A DNA stretch of 64,000 nucleotides. Source: a candidate division FCPU426 bacterium. Lineage in GTDB: Bacteria; Oederibacteriota; Muellerivitia; Muellerivitales; Muellerivitaceae. The stretch is from NCBI GenBank assembly GCA_963771075.1, contig CAVYSE010000017.1, positions 96,001-160,000 of the forward strand, given 5' to 3'. Every line of letters begins with the position of its first letter. The stretch's first letter is position 1. Positions 9,144-19,192 of this stretch are shown here, piece by piece. Under the pieces are notes generated by a model, which had not been told where the DNA came from, searched no databases, and worked only from the letters and a program-made list of their open reading frames with translations. Both the position numbers and the translations under genes were made by a program.

Positions 9144-11783
9144 ATGTTTTCAAAAATCTTGAGCCAAATTCTTCCACCCGCCCTTTTCGAGGCGTGGATG
9201 AAAAAAAGAGCCCCCAAAAAGGCCCCCCCCAGAACGGCCCGGGCTCAAAAGAAAAATACCATTCTCTCCCAGGCTAAAAAAACGACCTTGCCCCCCCCGC
9301 CTCCCTTCGGCATTATTCGATTGATCCTTGCCGTCCTTTCTTTTGGTTTTGCCGCCCTGGGCCAGATGCAATGGATTCAAATATCCGATTATTCCACCAT
9401 TGGACACGGGTGGCTTTGCTTTCTGGCATCCCTCGCGCTTATGACCGGAGCCTTGTGGCCATGGAACCGCGAGACACCAAAAATGGAGCTCTTTTCCGCC
9501 CCTTTGGAAATAATCCTTCTACTGGGTGTTTTAGCGGTTGCCGCCTTTTTCCGCCTCCATCGTTTGAGTGAAATGCCCCCGGGGATCTACGTGGATCAAG
9601 GCTTCGCGGGTTTGGCGGGTCTTCGCATTCTTCACGAGGGCTGGAGACCCTTCTGGGTCGAGGAACCCATGCATTGCAGCGCCTATCTTTTTTATCTGTT
9701 GGCGGCCTGGTTTGCGGTGATCAAAGCCTCCAAAGTCACGCTTCTTCTTTTTTTCGTTATGATTTCCCTCGGCACCCTGCCCCTCATTTATTGGACCTTC
9801 CGCCAGTTGGCCGGACCGCGGGCTGCCCTTTTGGGCTTGTACATCCTCGCAGTCATGCGATGGAACGTGAATTTCAGCCGTAACGGCTTTCCGACCATTC
9901 AAGTCCCCTTCTATATGTTTGGCACGTCGGCTTTTCTCCTCTATGGGCTTCGAACGAAAAAAAGGTGGCCCTTCATTGTTTCAGCCGTATTTATGGGGTT
10001 GGGTTTTTACACATACCAAGCCTTCAAGATTTTCCCTGTGCTTTTGGTCGTTTGGGGACTTTATATTTGGTTCACGAACCGGGAAATAATCCGACAAAAT
10101 CTACGCCATCTGGTCTTCTTCCTGGCAGTTTTTGCCGGGTTACTTTTGCCGTTTCTTTGGGTTTCTTACCAAAACAAGAATCTCGGACTGCGGGAAACCT
10201 ACTTGAATATTTTTTCCACCGTCCAGTCAGCCCATAGTTTGGAGCCGGTCATCAATATGGTTTGCCGTACCGCGCGGATGTTCAACCGCGAGGGAGATTG
10301 GATTGAGCGCCATAATCTCCCCAACTACCGAATGTTGGATGACGTAACGGGCGCCCTTTTCGTTCTCGGATTTTTATTCGCTCTTTTTCATATCCGCAAG
10401 AGAAATTATTACTTCGCTATTTCGGGTTTCCTTGTGATGTGCTTGCCCTGCCTGTTATCCCAGGATGCGGCACACGCCAACCGCATGCTGGGAACCACGC
10501 CTTTCTTGGCCTTGCTCGCCGCCATCCCCTTGTTGGAAGTTTGGTCTCGGGTGAGGAACCGATGGGGTGCCCTTGGGGAAACTTTATTCATCATCATTCT
10601 TTTGGAGCCCCTTTTTCTAATGGGATACCAAAATTTCCAGGTCTTTTTCGGCCCCCAGCTCAACAATAACGGGATGTGGACCACCTCCGTTTGGGCAGGA
10701 TTTTCCGTGTCCGAAACCAAGGTCGGAGAGAAGGTCGCCAAGGAAGGCGCCCATAACGATTGCTACCTGCCAGGGAGATTTTACGGATTTTCCAGCACTA
10801 GCTTCTTGGGTTATGACTACCAGTCCAAGGTTCGTCAAACGAAATGGCCCCGCGATCTCGCTCCCTTCCAAACCACCGAAGCAGGGCGTGGAATTTGTTA
10901 TGTTCTGACCAAGGAGCAAGAGGGTGTTTTAGGGGTATTAAAATCCCTTTATCCCCTGGGCAGGGAGGAAAAAGAAAGAGATTTGGAGGGGAATCCGATC
11001 GCGATTTATTTAACCATCTCGGAAAAGGAAATTCGGGAAGCTCACGGTCTCGACGGGGTGGTGAATGGCGTGCCCGGCCATTATGCCGACTTTCCCTTAG
11101 GCCTTCCCGCCGGGCCCTTCCACGGGATTTTCAAAGGCACCTTATTTGTGGATGGTTTTGGAAAATTTCAAGGTTCGTCCGAAACCAAGGGAAAAATTTC
11201 GTGGAAAATCGGAGGCCACACCCTATTGCCCAATAAGCCGGTGGAATTGGCGCAGGGTTTTTATACCGTGGAAATCCATTGGGACGCTCCGGCGGGGCCG
11301 CCCGATTTGAAACTTTACCTTACCAATGAGCTGGGAAAAAACCTGCCTCTCAACCCGAGTTGCCTGACCACCTTGCCGTTGAACCGGGGCCTGAAAGGTT
11401 ATTGGTACGGAGCCGGAAACGGCCCCACCCATCCCGCATTGATCCAATGGACCCCCATCCTCAATTATCCCGTCGGGGAAGATTTCCCCTATACCACCTC
11501 GGACCTATCCATCCAATGGGATGGAGTTCTCCTTGCGCCCGACACGGGAGATTATGCCTTCCGCGTAATCACGGATGAGTTTGGGAAGGTTGTGGTAGAT
11601 GGCAAACCCCTATTCGAGCTGGGTAAAAACCAAACGGGGCTTATCCATCTGCTCAAAGGGCGGCATACCTTCCAAGTGCAGTTCCGGAAGAACCTGGGGC
11701 CCTCCTTCACCTTGGTATGGAAGAAGCCCAAGAGCGAGGTGTTTGAGCCAATACCCCTGGAAGATTTCGGGGAAACACATTAA
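9144..11783 (+). CDS. ArnT/PMT-like GT-C glycosyltransferase with PA14-like domain; tandem paralog of 6119-9091 (likely start MKKRAPKK ~9198)
   Basis: Shares NFSRNGFPTIxVPFYMFGT, YTYQAFKIFP, ERHNxPNxRMLDD and AHANR with the upstream gene; PA14-like tail WDGVLLAPDTGDYAF..TDE. Confidence 0.8.
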   Translation: MFSKILSQILPPALFEAWMKKRAPKKAPPRTARAQKKNTILSQAKKTTLPPPPPFGIIRLILAVLSFGFAALGQMQWIQISDYSTIGHGWLCFLASLALMTGALWPWNRETPKMELFSAPLEIILLLGVLAVAAFFRLHRLSEMPPGIYVDQGFAGLAGLRILHEGWRPFWVEEPMHCSAYLFYLLAAWFAVIKASKVTLLLFFVMISLGTLPLIYWTFRQLAGPRAALLGLYILAVMRWNVNFSRNGFPTIQVPFYMFGTSAFLLYGLRTKKRWPFIVSAVFMGLGFYTYQAFKIFPVLLVVWGLYIWFTNREIIRQNLRHLVFFLAVFAGLLLPFLWVSYQNKNLGLRETYLNIFSTVQSAHSLEPVINMVCRTARMFNREGDWIERHNLPNYRMLDDVTGALFVLGFLFALFHIRKRNYYFAISGFLVMCLPCLLSQDAAHANRMLGTTPFLALLAAIPLLEVWSRVRNRWGALGETLFIIILLEPLFLMGYQNFQVFFGPQLNNNGMWTTSVWAGFSVSETKVGEKVAKEGAHNDCYLPGRFYGFSSTSFLGYDYQSKVRQTKWPRDLAPFQTTEAGRGICYVLTKEQEGVLGVLKSLYPLGREEKERDLEGNPIAIYLTISEKEIREAHGLDGVVNGVPGHYADFPLGLPAGPFHGIFKGTLFVDGFGKFQGSSETKGKISWKIGGHTLLPNKPVELAQGFYTVEIHWDAPAGPPDLKLYLTNELGKNLPLNPSCLTTLPLNRGLKGYWYGAGNGPTHPALIQWTPILNYPVGEDFPYTTSDLSIQWDGVLLAPDTGDYAFRVITDEFGKVVVDGKPLFELGKNQTGLIHLLKGRHTFQVQFRKNLGPSFTLVWKKPKSEVFEPIPLEDFGETH

Positions 11784-11802
11784 TTCGTTAAACAATAATT
11801 AT

Positions 11803-11839
11803 AAAAAAAGGGGGGGAGCCTGAGCTCCCCCCTTTTTTT
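11803..11839. terminator. Bidirectional intrinsic terminator
   Basis: A-run, GGGGGGAGC stem, short loop, GCTCCCCCC, T-run, lying between convergent genes. Confidence 0.85.
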
Positions 11840-11883
11840 ATTAAACCAACCTTTCGGGACTATTCTAAGTCCCTTGCTACCAT

Positions 11884-12888
11884 TTATTTAGTTTGGGGCA
11901 TGATCACCTTGATCATGTAAACCGAATCCGCTTCCGCCACAAGAAGTGTTCCATCGGAAGCGAAATTAATTCCACGGGGAGCATTAAATATGACCGCCCC
12001 TTTCGCATCCTTCAGGTCGCCTTGGTATTTGCCTTCCGAATTATAAACCTTAATGAACCCTCCACCCTCACCCGAAGCTACATAGAGGTTCCCTTGGCCG
12101 TCCACGGCCACATTGTTCGGACGGGCATCAAACTTGATGATTCGTTGGACCTTTCCTGCCCCGTTGAGGAACTTTACCCGTAGATTGTCGTAATCAGGCG
12201 CGTAAAAGTTTCCCTTGCCATCCGGAACCACTTCATAGACGTTATTGAAACAATCCTTACAATTTCCAGGCATGCCCCACTTTTCAAGCATCTCCCCCGT
12301 GGAGGATACCTTAATGATTTTCTGACCGCCGGTGTCGGCGACATAAAAATTGGTTCCGTCCCAATAGGCCCCCCGGGGCACGTAACAATTCATGGGAGCC
12401 AAGCTGATATTTTGGATATTCTTTCCCGTCACGTCGTAAACCCGGATGCTATTACTTCCGTTGTCCACCACGGTGATTTCGCCCTTGTCATTGGCGGATA
12501 TATCGGCGAAGCCCACCTTGTCTTGCGGAGTATTTCCCTGGGCCTCCCCGATGCTCTTAAGGAAATCACCCGTCCGGTTGAAAAGCAGGATCCGGCGTAC
12601 CTTTCGGTCGGTGACCACAAACTTGTCCGATCCTATCGCTGCTACATCCTCAGGCTCGAATTCACCACAGGTTTTCCCCAGGCCGGTAACCTGGCCCACC
12701 ACCTGGGCCTCGATGTCCTTTTTGACGTCGGTTCTGAAGAAGAAATAGTTAAAGGCGATAAATAACACGGCGTAGACAATGACTCCAAAAAGAATGAGTC
12801 CTTTGTGCCGGGAAATCTTTGCGGCCCAACCTTCTTTCTTACCCTTGGCCTTGGCGGTTTTCACCGGTACTTTCTTCTTGGCAACCAT
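11884..12888 (-). CDS. Membrane-anchored NHL-repeat beta-propeller protein
   Basis: AGGGAGGA RBS before ATG 12888; Lys-rich N-terminus, one TM helix, NHL-like repeats (FVVTD, YVADTGGQKI, PNNVAVDGQGNLYV, FNAPRGI). Confidence 0.8.
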   Translation of the reverse strand: MVAKKKVPVKTAKAKGKKEGWAAKISRHKGLILFGVIVYAVLFIAFNYFFFRTDVKKDIEAQVVGQVTGLGKTCGEFEPEDVAAIGSDKFVVTDRKVRRILLFNRTGDFLKSIGEAQGNTPQDKVGFADISANDKGEITVVDNGSNSIRVYDVTGKNIQNISLAPMNCYVPRGAYWDGTNFYVADTGGQKIIKVSSTGEMLEKWGMPGNCKDCFNNVYEVVPDGKGNFYAPDYDNLRVKFLNGAGKVQRIIKFDARPNNVAVDGQGNLYVASGEGGGFIKVYNSEGKYQGDLKDAKGAVIFNAPRGINFASDGTLLVAEADSVYMIKVIMPQTK

Positions 12889-12969
12889 ATCTTCCTCCCT
12901 AACCCTGGCTTGATAATCCCTCATAAACAGAAAGTCATCTTAAACCAACCCTTTAAAAACACGCAAGAA

Positions 12970-13722
12970 TTAAACCCGTTCCCGGCCGGAAACCCGCTTA
13001 GAACCTGAGGAAGGAAATGGCTCCAACCGAAGCCAAAGGGCTCGGCCTAGGTATTTGAGCAGCGTGGCCAATCCGAGTTTAGACTGGCCTTGGGTCCGGT
13101 CGATGAACTCGATTGGGAACTCCTTTACTCTTAGGCCCGCGCGGTAACAACGGTAAAGGATTTCGGAAACGGTAAAGGGGTCTCGGGCCTTCAAGGTTTC
13201 GACCCTTATGGCCCTCAGGGCCTCCCGGGTGAAGGCCCGGTAACCCGATGTTGGATCCTTCGCCCGAAGCCCGAGAACGGACTTGAGATAATATCGTGCG
13301 AAATTGCTAGTGAGCTGGCGGTAAAGGGGACGCTCCACATCTCGCCCTCCCTGAATGTAACGGCTACCCAAAACCACATCCGCCTCGCCCTTTTCCAGGG
13401 CCTTGGCCAGTTGGGGTATATATTTGGGTTGATGGGATAGGTCCCCGTCCATTTCCACAACAATTTCTGCTCCCATGGCCAGCGCCTTCACAAAGCCATC
13501 TCGGCCTGCCCAACCGCGCCCCTTGACCGACCGGTCCCGAAGCAACAAGTGCAGTTTTTTGTCTCTTTTTCCAAGTTTTAGGACCTCGTCATAGGTCCCG
13601 TCGGGTGAAGTGTCATCCACAATGAGGATTCGAGCCTGGGGCACGAATTTGTGAAGTAGTTGGATTAACTGTTTGATATTGGCTCGTTCGTTATAGGTGG
13701 GAACCATCACAACCGTTTTCAA
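12970..13722 (-). CDS. Polyprenol-phosphate mannose synthase-like GT2 (Dpm1/Ppm1 family)
   Basis: VPTYNERANI, IVDDTSPDGT, EMDGDLSHQP, DVVLGSRY, DPTSGYRAF, EFPIEFIDRTQGQSKL. Confidence 0.88.
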   Translation of the reverse strand: MKTVVMVPTYNERANIKQLIQLLHKFVPQARILIVDDTSPDGTYDEVLKLGKRDKKLHLLLRDRSVKGRGWAGRDGFVKALAMGAEIVVEMDGDLSHQPKYIPQLAKALEKGEADVVLGSRYIQGGRDVERPLYRQLTSNFARYYLKSVLGLRAKDPTSGYRAFTREALRAIRVETLKARDPFTVSEILYRCYRAGLRVKEFPIEFIDRTQGQSKLGLATLLKYLGRALWLRLEPFPSSGSKRVSGRERV

Positions 13723-13883
13723 ACGATCAAATCTCCCGAATAAATGTTGATCTCCCCGGACAAGTCCAGGGCTCTTAAATCAAAAATCAAGCTTCGATTT
13801 CATGCCTTTTGAATGGACACCCTTCATCCTCGACCAATGCCGGAGATTACAGATCAAGTGACCAAGAAATTTGGATTCAAAGT

Positions 13884-15011
13884 TTAGCGAGCGAGTAGAA
13901 CCTGTCTTTCGACTGCGGCCAGCATATCCTTTTCCTTCAAGTTGTCCATACAGGAAATCTTCGCGGTACATTGGTTCTGGTAATAGCATTGGCAGGGGCT
14001 CTTGGGAAGGACCTTTTCCCCCATTCCGTAAAGATCGATTTCCGAGTCGGAAGTGGGTCCAAAATAGGAAACCAGCCTCTTGCCCAAGGCCACTGCCACA
14101 TGAAGGGCCATCGTATCTCCCGTCACCATGACCTGGCAGAGATCCACGAGGGAAGCGAATTGGCGTAGGTTGTTTTCTGTACCCGTGGGAATTACCAAAC
14201 CCTTGAGACTCCTGGCGAGGGATGGCATCAAGTCCCTTTCCTCCGGCCCCCCGTAAAGCAGAACCCCGGTATGAGGTTGTTTTTTTCTCAGTTGGCGGGC
14301 CAGCCAGGCAAACCCATCCAAACGCCAGCGTTTCATGGGCCATCGGCCTCCTGACCCGATGTTGAATCCGACTATCTTTTTAAACTTGGAAAGTTTGTTT
14401 TTGGAAGAAAAGCCTTTGGCCCATTCCTTTTCCATAGCGGTCAATATCAACTGGGGTTTCTCCCCCCCATACTTAAGGCCCGCCAGTTGGAATAGGTGGG
14501 ATTGGTAAGTCCGTTGGTTCGCCCGCTTGACCGTGTCAAAAATGCCCATTTCAAACCACTGTTGCGTTTCTTTTCCCAAGGGAATGACGACTCCCTCCCG
14601 GGAGAGGCCGAACCCCTTTTTCGCCGAACTATTCGCCAAGCAAAGGATTCCCGCCGCCTTTCGGCCCATATCAAAGTTGAAGGCCTGGTCAAAAAAAGTG
14701 GAAGCCAGGATTCCTGTCAGGCCGGCATCCACTCCAAGAAGAACATCGATATAGGGGTTCTTTTCTAAAAGGGGTTTGGAGGAAGGTTCGGTGACCCACC
14801 ATATGACCGTATTTTTTTTCTTGGCCTTCAGGGCGGGCAGCAGGGATGTTGAGCGGAGAACATCGCCAGCCGCATCCAGCTTGATGATCAAAACGCGGTA
14901 CTGCACCGCCTCAAAGCGGGGGCAATCTCTGCAAACCACCCCTTCTTTCTTATGGGGTAGGCAAGGTTTTTCCCCGGTGAAATGCCGGCAGTTGGATCGG
15001 AAAAAAAGCAT
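13884..15011 (-). CDS. Glycosyltransferase family 9 (heptosyltransferase-like)
   Basis: LIIKLDAAGDVLRSTSLL, NIGSGGRWPMKRW, GGPEE, VTGDTMALHVAVALG, FGPT. Confidence 0.85.
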   Translation of the reverse strand: MLFFRSNCRHFTGEKPCLPHKKEGVVCRDCPRFEAVQYRVLIIKLDAAGDVLRSTSLLPALKAKKKNTVIWWVTEPSSKPLLEKNPYIDVLLGVDAGLTGILASTFFDQAFNFDMGRKAAGILCLANSSAKKGFGLSREGVVIPLGKETQQWFEMGIFDTVKRANQRTYQSHLFQLAGLKYGGEKPQLILTAMEKEWAKGFSSKNKLSKFKKIVGFNIGSGGRWPMKRWRLDGFAWLARQLRKKQPHTGVLLYGGPEERDLMPSLARSLKGLVIPTGTENNLRQFASLVDLCQVMVTGDTMALHVAVALGKRLVSYFGPTSDSEIDLYGMGEKVLPKSPCQCYYQNQCTAKISCMDNLKEKDMLAAVERQVLLAR

Positions 15012-15077
15012 GGTTTTATCGGTTCCTTAGGTTTGAGACAGACAAGGCAGGATTATACCTTGGCCCTTCCATACCCT

Positions 15078-16151
15078 CTAGTGATTTACCTTTTGGGCGG
15101 CCGCGTAAAGCAAAAGGCCGTTGACAACCCCTATGCTTTTCAATTCAAAGCCCGCTTTTTGAAGAGCCTCACCCAGCCGACGCCGGGTAAAATGGTGGAT
15201 ATGACCGCAGCGGTAGCGGTGGTATCGGCTTCCCCGCAAATATCCCATATAGAGACAGTTCAAATTAAACAGGATAAAAAAGGGGCCTAAGAAATAATCA
15301 TAAGGAACCGTGATCAGAAAGGTCCCCTCCTTCTTGAGAACCCTGTTAACTTCCGCCAGGACCGCCTCCAAGTTAAACAGGTGCTCCAACACTTCACTCA
15401 TCAATACCAGATCTAGGCTTTGGGGTTTTAAACCGGTCATGGAAAGGTCGGCGCATACCTTATAATCCTCTAGCCTTCCCTGCCGTTTGGCGAATTGGAG
15501 CATTTTGGAATTGATATCCACCCCAAAAACCGGCAGGTGCTGGGTGTTCCAAAAGCAATTGCCACAGCCCAAGTCGGCCATCTTCATGCCTTTTTTGTAA
15601 TAGGCACCGACATGGGAATTGAGCCGCTCGTACCGGGAACGATGGTACCAGGCCCGGAAACGGCTGACCCTGGCCTCGTCGGTCATCCCATCATAGTAAT
15701 CCTCATCCATTTCTCGGTATTCCACCTGCGCCATTCGGGCCGAACTGAAAGTGGAGATGCGATTCAAAAGGGCGTTGGATAAGGCCAAAAGGAAAAGGCA
15801 GGAGATAAGGGAGACGAGAAAGGGCCATTGGAGAGTTCTCATCAAAAACCATAGGAGCATGGAGCTTCCCGCCGAGACACAGAGGCTCATGGCGAGATGG
15901 ACTGGAAGGGAGGTACGCATCCTGATCTCTTGATTCACGTAAACAACACGGTAATAAACGAAATGGAAAGCCTGATTGAGGAATGTTCCCAGGAAAAAGG
16001 AGATGAAAGGGGACCAGGCATTGGAGGTGAAAATGAAAAGGCCGATCCAAACGGTTCCCAGATTGACCCCTAGGCCTAAAAAACCGCCCAGCAGGAATAT
16101 TAGGACAGCGGGATAGCGCCAACGGTGAACAACCTTGTGCTCCGGCATCAT
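15078..16151 (-). CDS. GtrA-like 4-TM domain fused to class I SAM-dependent methyltransferase
   Basis: About 130 hydrophobic N-terminal residues with a GtrA-like pattern, then ADLGCGN, SEVLEHL, RVLK.EG.FLITVP. Confidence 0.7.
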   Translation of the reverse strand: MMPEHKVVHRWRYPAVLIFLLGGFLGLGVNLGTVWIGLFIFTSNAWSPFISFFLGTFLNQAFHFVYYRVVYVNQEIRMRTSLPVHLAMSLCVSAGSSMLLWFLMRTLQWPFLVSLISCLFLLALSNALLNRISTFSSARMAQVEYREMDEDYYDGMTDEARVSRFRAWYHRSRYERLNSHVGAYYKKGMKMADLGCGNCFWNTQHLPVFGVDINSKMLQFAKRQGRLEDYKVCADLSMTGLKPQSLDLVLMSEVLEHLFNLEAVLAEVNRVLKKEGTFLITVPYDYFLGPFFILFNLNCLYMGYLRGSRYHRYRCGHIHHFTRRRLGEALQKAGFELKSIGVVNGLLLYAAAQKVNH

Positions 16152-16936
16152 TTAGCTTTTTTCGCTATTAGGAAATAGGCCACTCCCTTCTCGGTATGGG
16201 AAAAGAGGGCCCGGCGAACCAGTCCAGGGGCCAAGATCCGGGTGAAAATCCTGGGTGTGATAACCCATCGGCCGAGGAAAATCTTGAAAAATTTCGAGAG
16301 AAGGGCCGGAATCAACCAACGCTCATAGGCATGAAAAGCGTCGATGGAGACAAAATACTCGGACTCCACCATTTTCAACCCCGCCTTCCTGAACCGAATT
16401 TCCCAGGTTTTCGCGTCATTCACATGGTAGTGCTTGAAAATTTTATTTAACCCGTCGATGTAACGCTTTTCCATTCCTCCCATTCCCAAAACTCGGGCAA
16501 TTCCTCCGAAAAAGGAATGGGTGTTGTAACATTCGCTTGGGACCGTAATCATCAAACGCCCACCCGGCTTCATGACTCGGGCGATTTCCTTAAGGGCACC
16601 ATCAATATCCGGAACATGCTCCAAAACGCAATTGCTGATGACGGTCTTGAAGCTCTTCGAAGGAAAGGGCATGCGGTTGACACTTCCGCAAATCGTCTTT
16701 TGGTAAGCCTGGCGCCTTTGGGCAAGCGCGACTTCCTTTTGATCCAAGTCGATCCCAGCCTCAAGGGGTTCACCAAACACAGTCTGGGCGAAAAACCCAT
16801 CCCCGCACCCCACGTCTAACACTGGACCTAGTAGAGGTCTTCGGGCGAACTGCTCGCATTCGAGGGATCTCCAAAAAGAAAGGGCCACGGGGCAGGAAGA
16901 AAGATAAGCCTTAAAAAATTCATCGCGGGTTTTCAA
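16148..16936 (-). CDS. Class I SAM-dependent methyltransferase
   Basis: VLDVGCGDG, ISNCVLEHVPD, RVMKPGG.LMITVP. Confidence 0.88.
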   Translation of the reverse strand: MKTRDEFFKAYLSSCPVALSFWRSLECEQFARRPLLGPVLDVGCGDGFFAQTVFGEPLEAGIDLDQKEVALAQRRQAYQKTICGSVNRMPFPSKSFKTVISNCVLEHVPDIDGALKEIARVMKPGGRLMITVPSECYNTHSFFGGIARVLGMGGMEKRYIDGLNKIFKHYHVNDAKTWEIRFRKAGLKMVESEYFVSIDAFHAYERWLIPALLSKFFKIFLGRWVITPRIFTRILAPGLVRRALFSHTEKGVAYFLIAKKAK

Positions 16937-17164
16937 TCAAACCTTCTTTCAGGATTCCAGGAAAACGAACGGGAAGAATTAGCTTCAAAAGAATATCCTT
17001 TGAAAATATTGAAATCCAGTTGAATTTAGGCATTTTACACGCTCCCCTCCGTTTACCCCCTATTCGATCCAAGGTCCTGATCGGGTCTAAACCACAGTAA
17101 AGGGGATCAACAATTCTTTGAATGAAAATCCTCCCCTTTTTTCCCGAAAAATGGATTTCGGGGT

Positions 17165-19192
17165 ATGATGAATCGGCCGAGATTTTTCGGATGGATAGTT
17201 GAATACCTTTATGCCTTGGGGAAATCTTTGACCCACCTCGCCGAAAAAATCAAACTCCTACCCGGGCCCATCCTCATCTTGGGCGCCAGCGGTTTTGTGG
17301 GTGCCAATTTATTGCGCCAACTACTCACGCAAAGGCCCGATGTTTTCGGGACCTATTTTCATTTTCCCGCTTGGCGCTTGGAGGGGATTCCCGCCGACGT
17401 CTTGGTTCAAGTGGACCTTCTTCACGAGTCGAAATTGGATGAAGTACTCCAGAAGGTCAACCCCAAGGTTCTGTTTAATTGTTTGTCCTATGGCGCCTAT
17501 TCATTCGAAACCCAACATGACCGGATCTACCAGACCAATTTCATCCTCACCGAAAAAATCCTCCGAAAACTGGACCCTCTTCATTTGACCGCCTACGTGC
17601 ACTCCGGTAGTTCCTCGGAATATGGGGACCACGGAGCGGGTCCCGTCGAGGAAGAATGGGCCCTCCCTAACAGCGAATACGCCGTCTCGAAACTATCCTG
17701 CGCCCATCTCTTGAATTATTACGGAAAAAAGAAAGGCCTACCCTGCGCCAATTTGCGTCTTTACTCTGTTTACGGCCCCCTGGAAGATTCTTCCCGGCTC
17801 ATTCCCGCCCTCATCCAGGAGGGATGTCATGGGAAATATCCCCCGCTGGTCGAACCCAAAGTTTCCCGTGATTTCGTTTATGTGGAAGATGTTTGCGAGG
17901 CCTTTTTGGATGCCGCATTGGGGCTGAAGCGTGAAAATTACGGTGATTCATTCAACATCGGAACTGGAACCAAGACCACGATTGCCGACGCGGCCTACAC
18001 CGCGAAAAAGATCCTCCAAATCCAGGCCGAACCTTCCTTTCAAAAGATGGAAAATCGCGCTTGGGATCTTCGAGATTGGTACGCCAACCCCGAAAAGGCC
18101 AAAAGAAGTTTAGGTTGGAAAGCCCGCACTTCCTTCGAGGAGGGGCTTCGCCTGACCATCCAATGGTATCTAGGCCTTCCGGACAAGGATGCCTATCGGC
18201 AAGCGTCCAAAATCTCCGCTCCCAGAGAGGCCCGAAGCGTATCAGCCATCGTGGCTTGCTACAAGGATGGACAAGCCATCTCGCTGATGCATGAACGGCT
18301 GACGGCGGTTTTCCGCAAACTCGGAATCGATTACGAAATCATCTTCGTTAATGACAACAGCCCGGATAACTGCGAGGAGGTTATCACACAACTGAGCGCC
18401 TCGGACCCCCATACCCTCGGTATCTCCCACTCCCGAAATTTCGGTTCCCAATCAGCGTTCCGAAGCGGCTTAGAAATCGCCACCAAGGGCGCTTGTGTTC
18501 TTTTGGACGGGGATCTACAGGATCCCCCCGAGGTCATCGAGACATTCGTGGCGAAATGGCGAGAAGGTTACGAGGTCATTTACGGCCGCCGGGTGAAACG
18601 GGAGGCTACCCTTTTCATGCAGCTGGCCTATAAAACTTTTTACAGGATTTTCGAGTATTTTTCCTATTTGCCCATTCCCCGGGACGCGGGTGATTTTTCC
18701 CTTATCGACCGCCGTGTAGTCCAAGCGATCTTAAAATTTCCGGAGCGGGACCTTTTCTTGAGGGGAATTCGGGCCTTTGTGGGTTTTAAGCAAACGGGAG
18801 TGGACTATGTCCGACCCGAGCGAGTTTTCGGGAAAAGCACGAACAACCTTTTTAAAAACTTGAATTGGGCGAAAAAGGGAATCCTTTCCTACAGTTACAC
18901 TCCTTTGAGTATGCTGACCTTCCTTGGCACCCTATTGTTTCTTCTCGGTCTTTGCCTGGGCGTTTATCAGCTTTTTTTTCGCCTTTTATACCCGGACCAA
19001 ACCCCCAAGGGAATGACAACCCTTCTTCTTTGCATTTTGGTTTTTGGCTCCATCAATTTATTCGGTCTGGCCATCTTGGGCGAGTACATCGCAAAAATAT
19101 TCGAGGAAGTTAAACAGCGCCCCCATTTTGTCCGCCGGGCCATTATCCAAAACGGTTTGGTTCGGCCGGTCGTCGAAACACCCAAGCTTTGA
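17165..19192 (+). CDS. Bifunctional NAD-dependent epimerase/dehydratase (extended SDR) + GT2 (ArnC/GtrB-like)
   Basis: N-terminal half: ILGASGFVG, GSSSEYG, YAVSK, RDFVYVED. C-terminal half: FVNDNSPD, SRNFGSQ, LLDGDLQDPPE, GDFSLIDR, two TM helices, LGEYIAKIFEEVKQRP. Confidence 0.88.
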   Translation: MMNRPRFFGWIVEYLYALGKSLTHLAEKIKLLPGPILILGASGFVGANLLRQLLTQRPDVFGTYFHFPAWRLEGIPADVLVQVDLLHESKLDEVLQKVNPKVLFNCLSYGAYSFETQHDRIYQTNFILTEKILRKLDPLHLTAYVHSGSSSEYGDHGAGPVEEEWALPNSEYAVSKLSCAHLLNYYGKKKGLPCANLRLYSVYGPLEDSSRLIPALIQEGCHGKYPPLVEPKVSRDFVYVEDVCEAFLDAALGLKRENYGDSFNIGTGTKTTIADAAYTAKKILQIQAEPSFQKMENRAWDLRDWYANPEKAKRSLGWKARTSFEEGLRLTIQWYLGLPDKDAYRQASKISAPREARSVSAIVACYKDGQAISLMHERLTAVFRKLGIDYEIIFVNDNSPDNCEEVITQLSASDPHTLGISHSRNFGSQSAFRSGLEIATKGACVLLDGDLQDPPEVIETFVAKWREGYEVIYGRRVKREATLFMQLAYKTFYRIFEYFSYLPIPRDAGDFSLIDRRVVQAILKFPERDLFLRGIRAFVGFKQTGVDYVRPERVFGKSTNNLFKNLNWAKKGILSYSYTPLSMLTFLGTLLFLLGLCLGVYQLFFRLLYPDQTPKGMTTLLLCILVFGSINLFGLAILGEYIAKIFEEVKQRPHFVRRAIIQNGLVRPVVETPKL

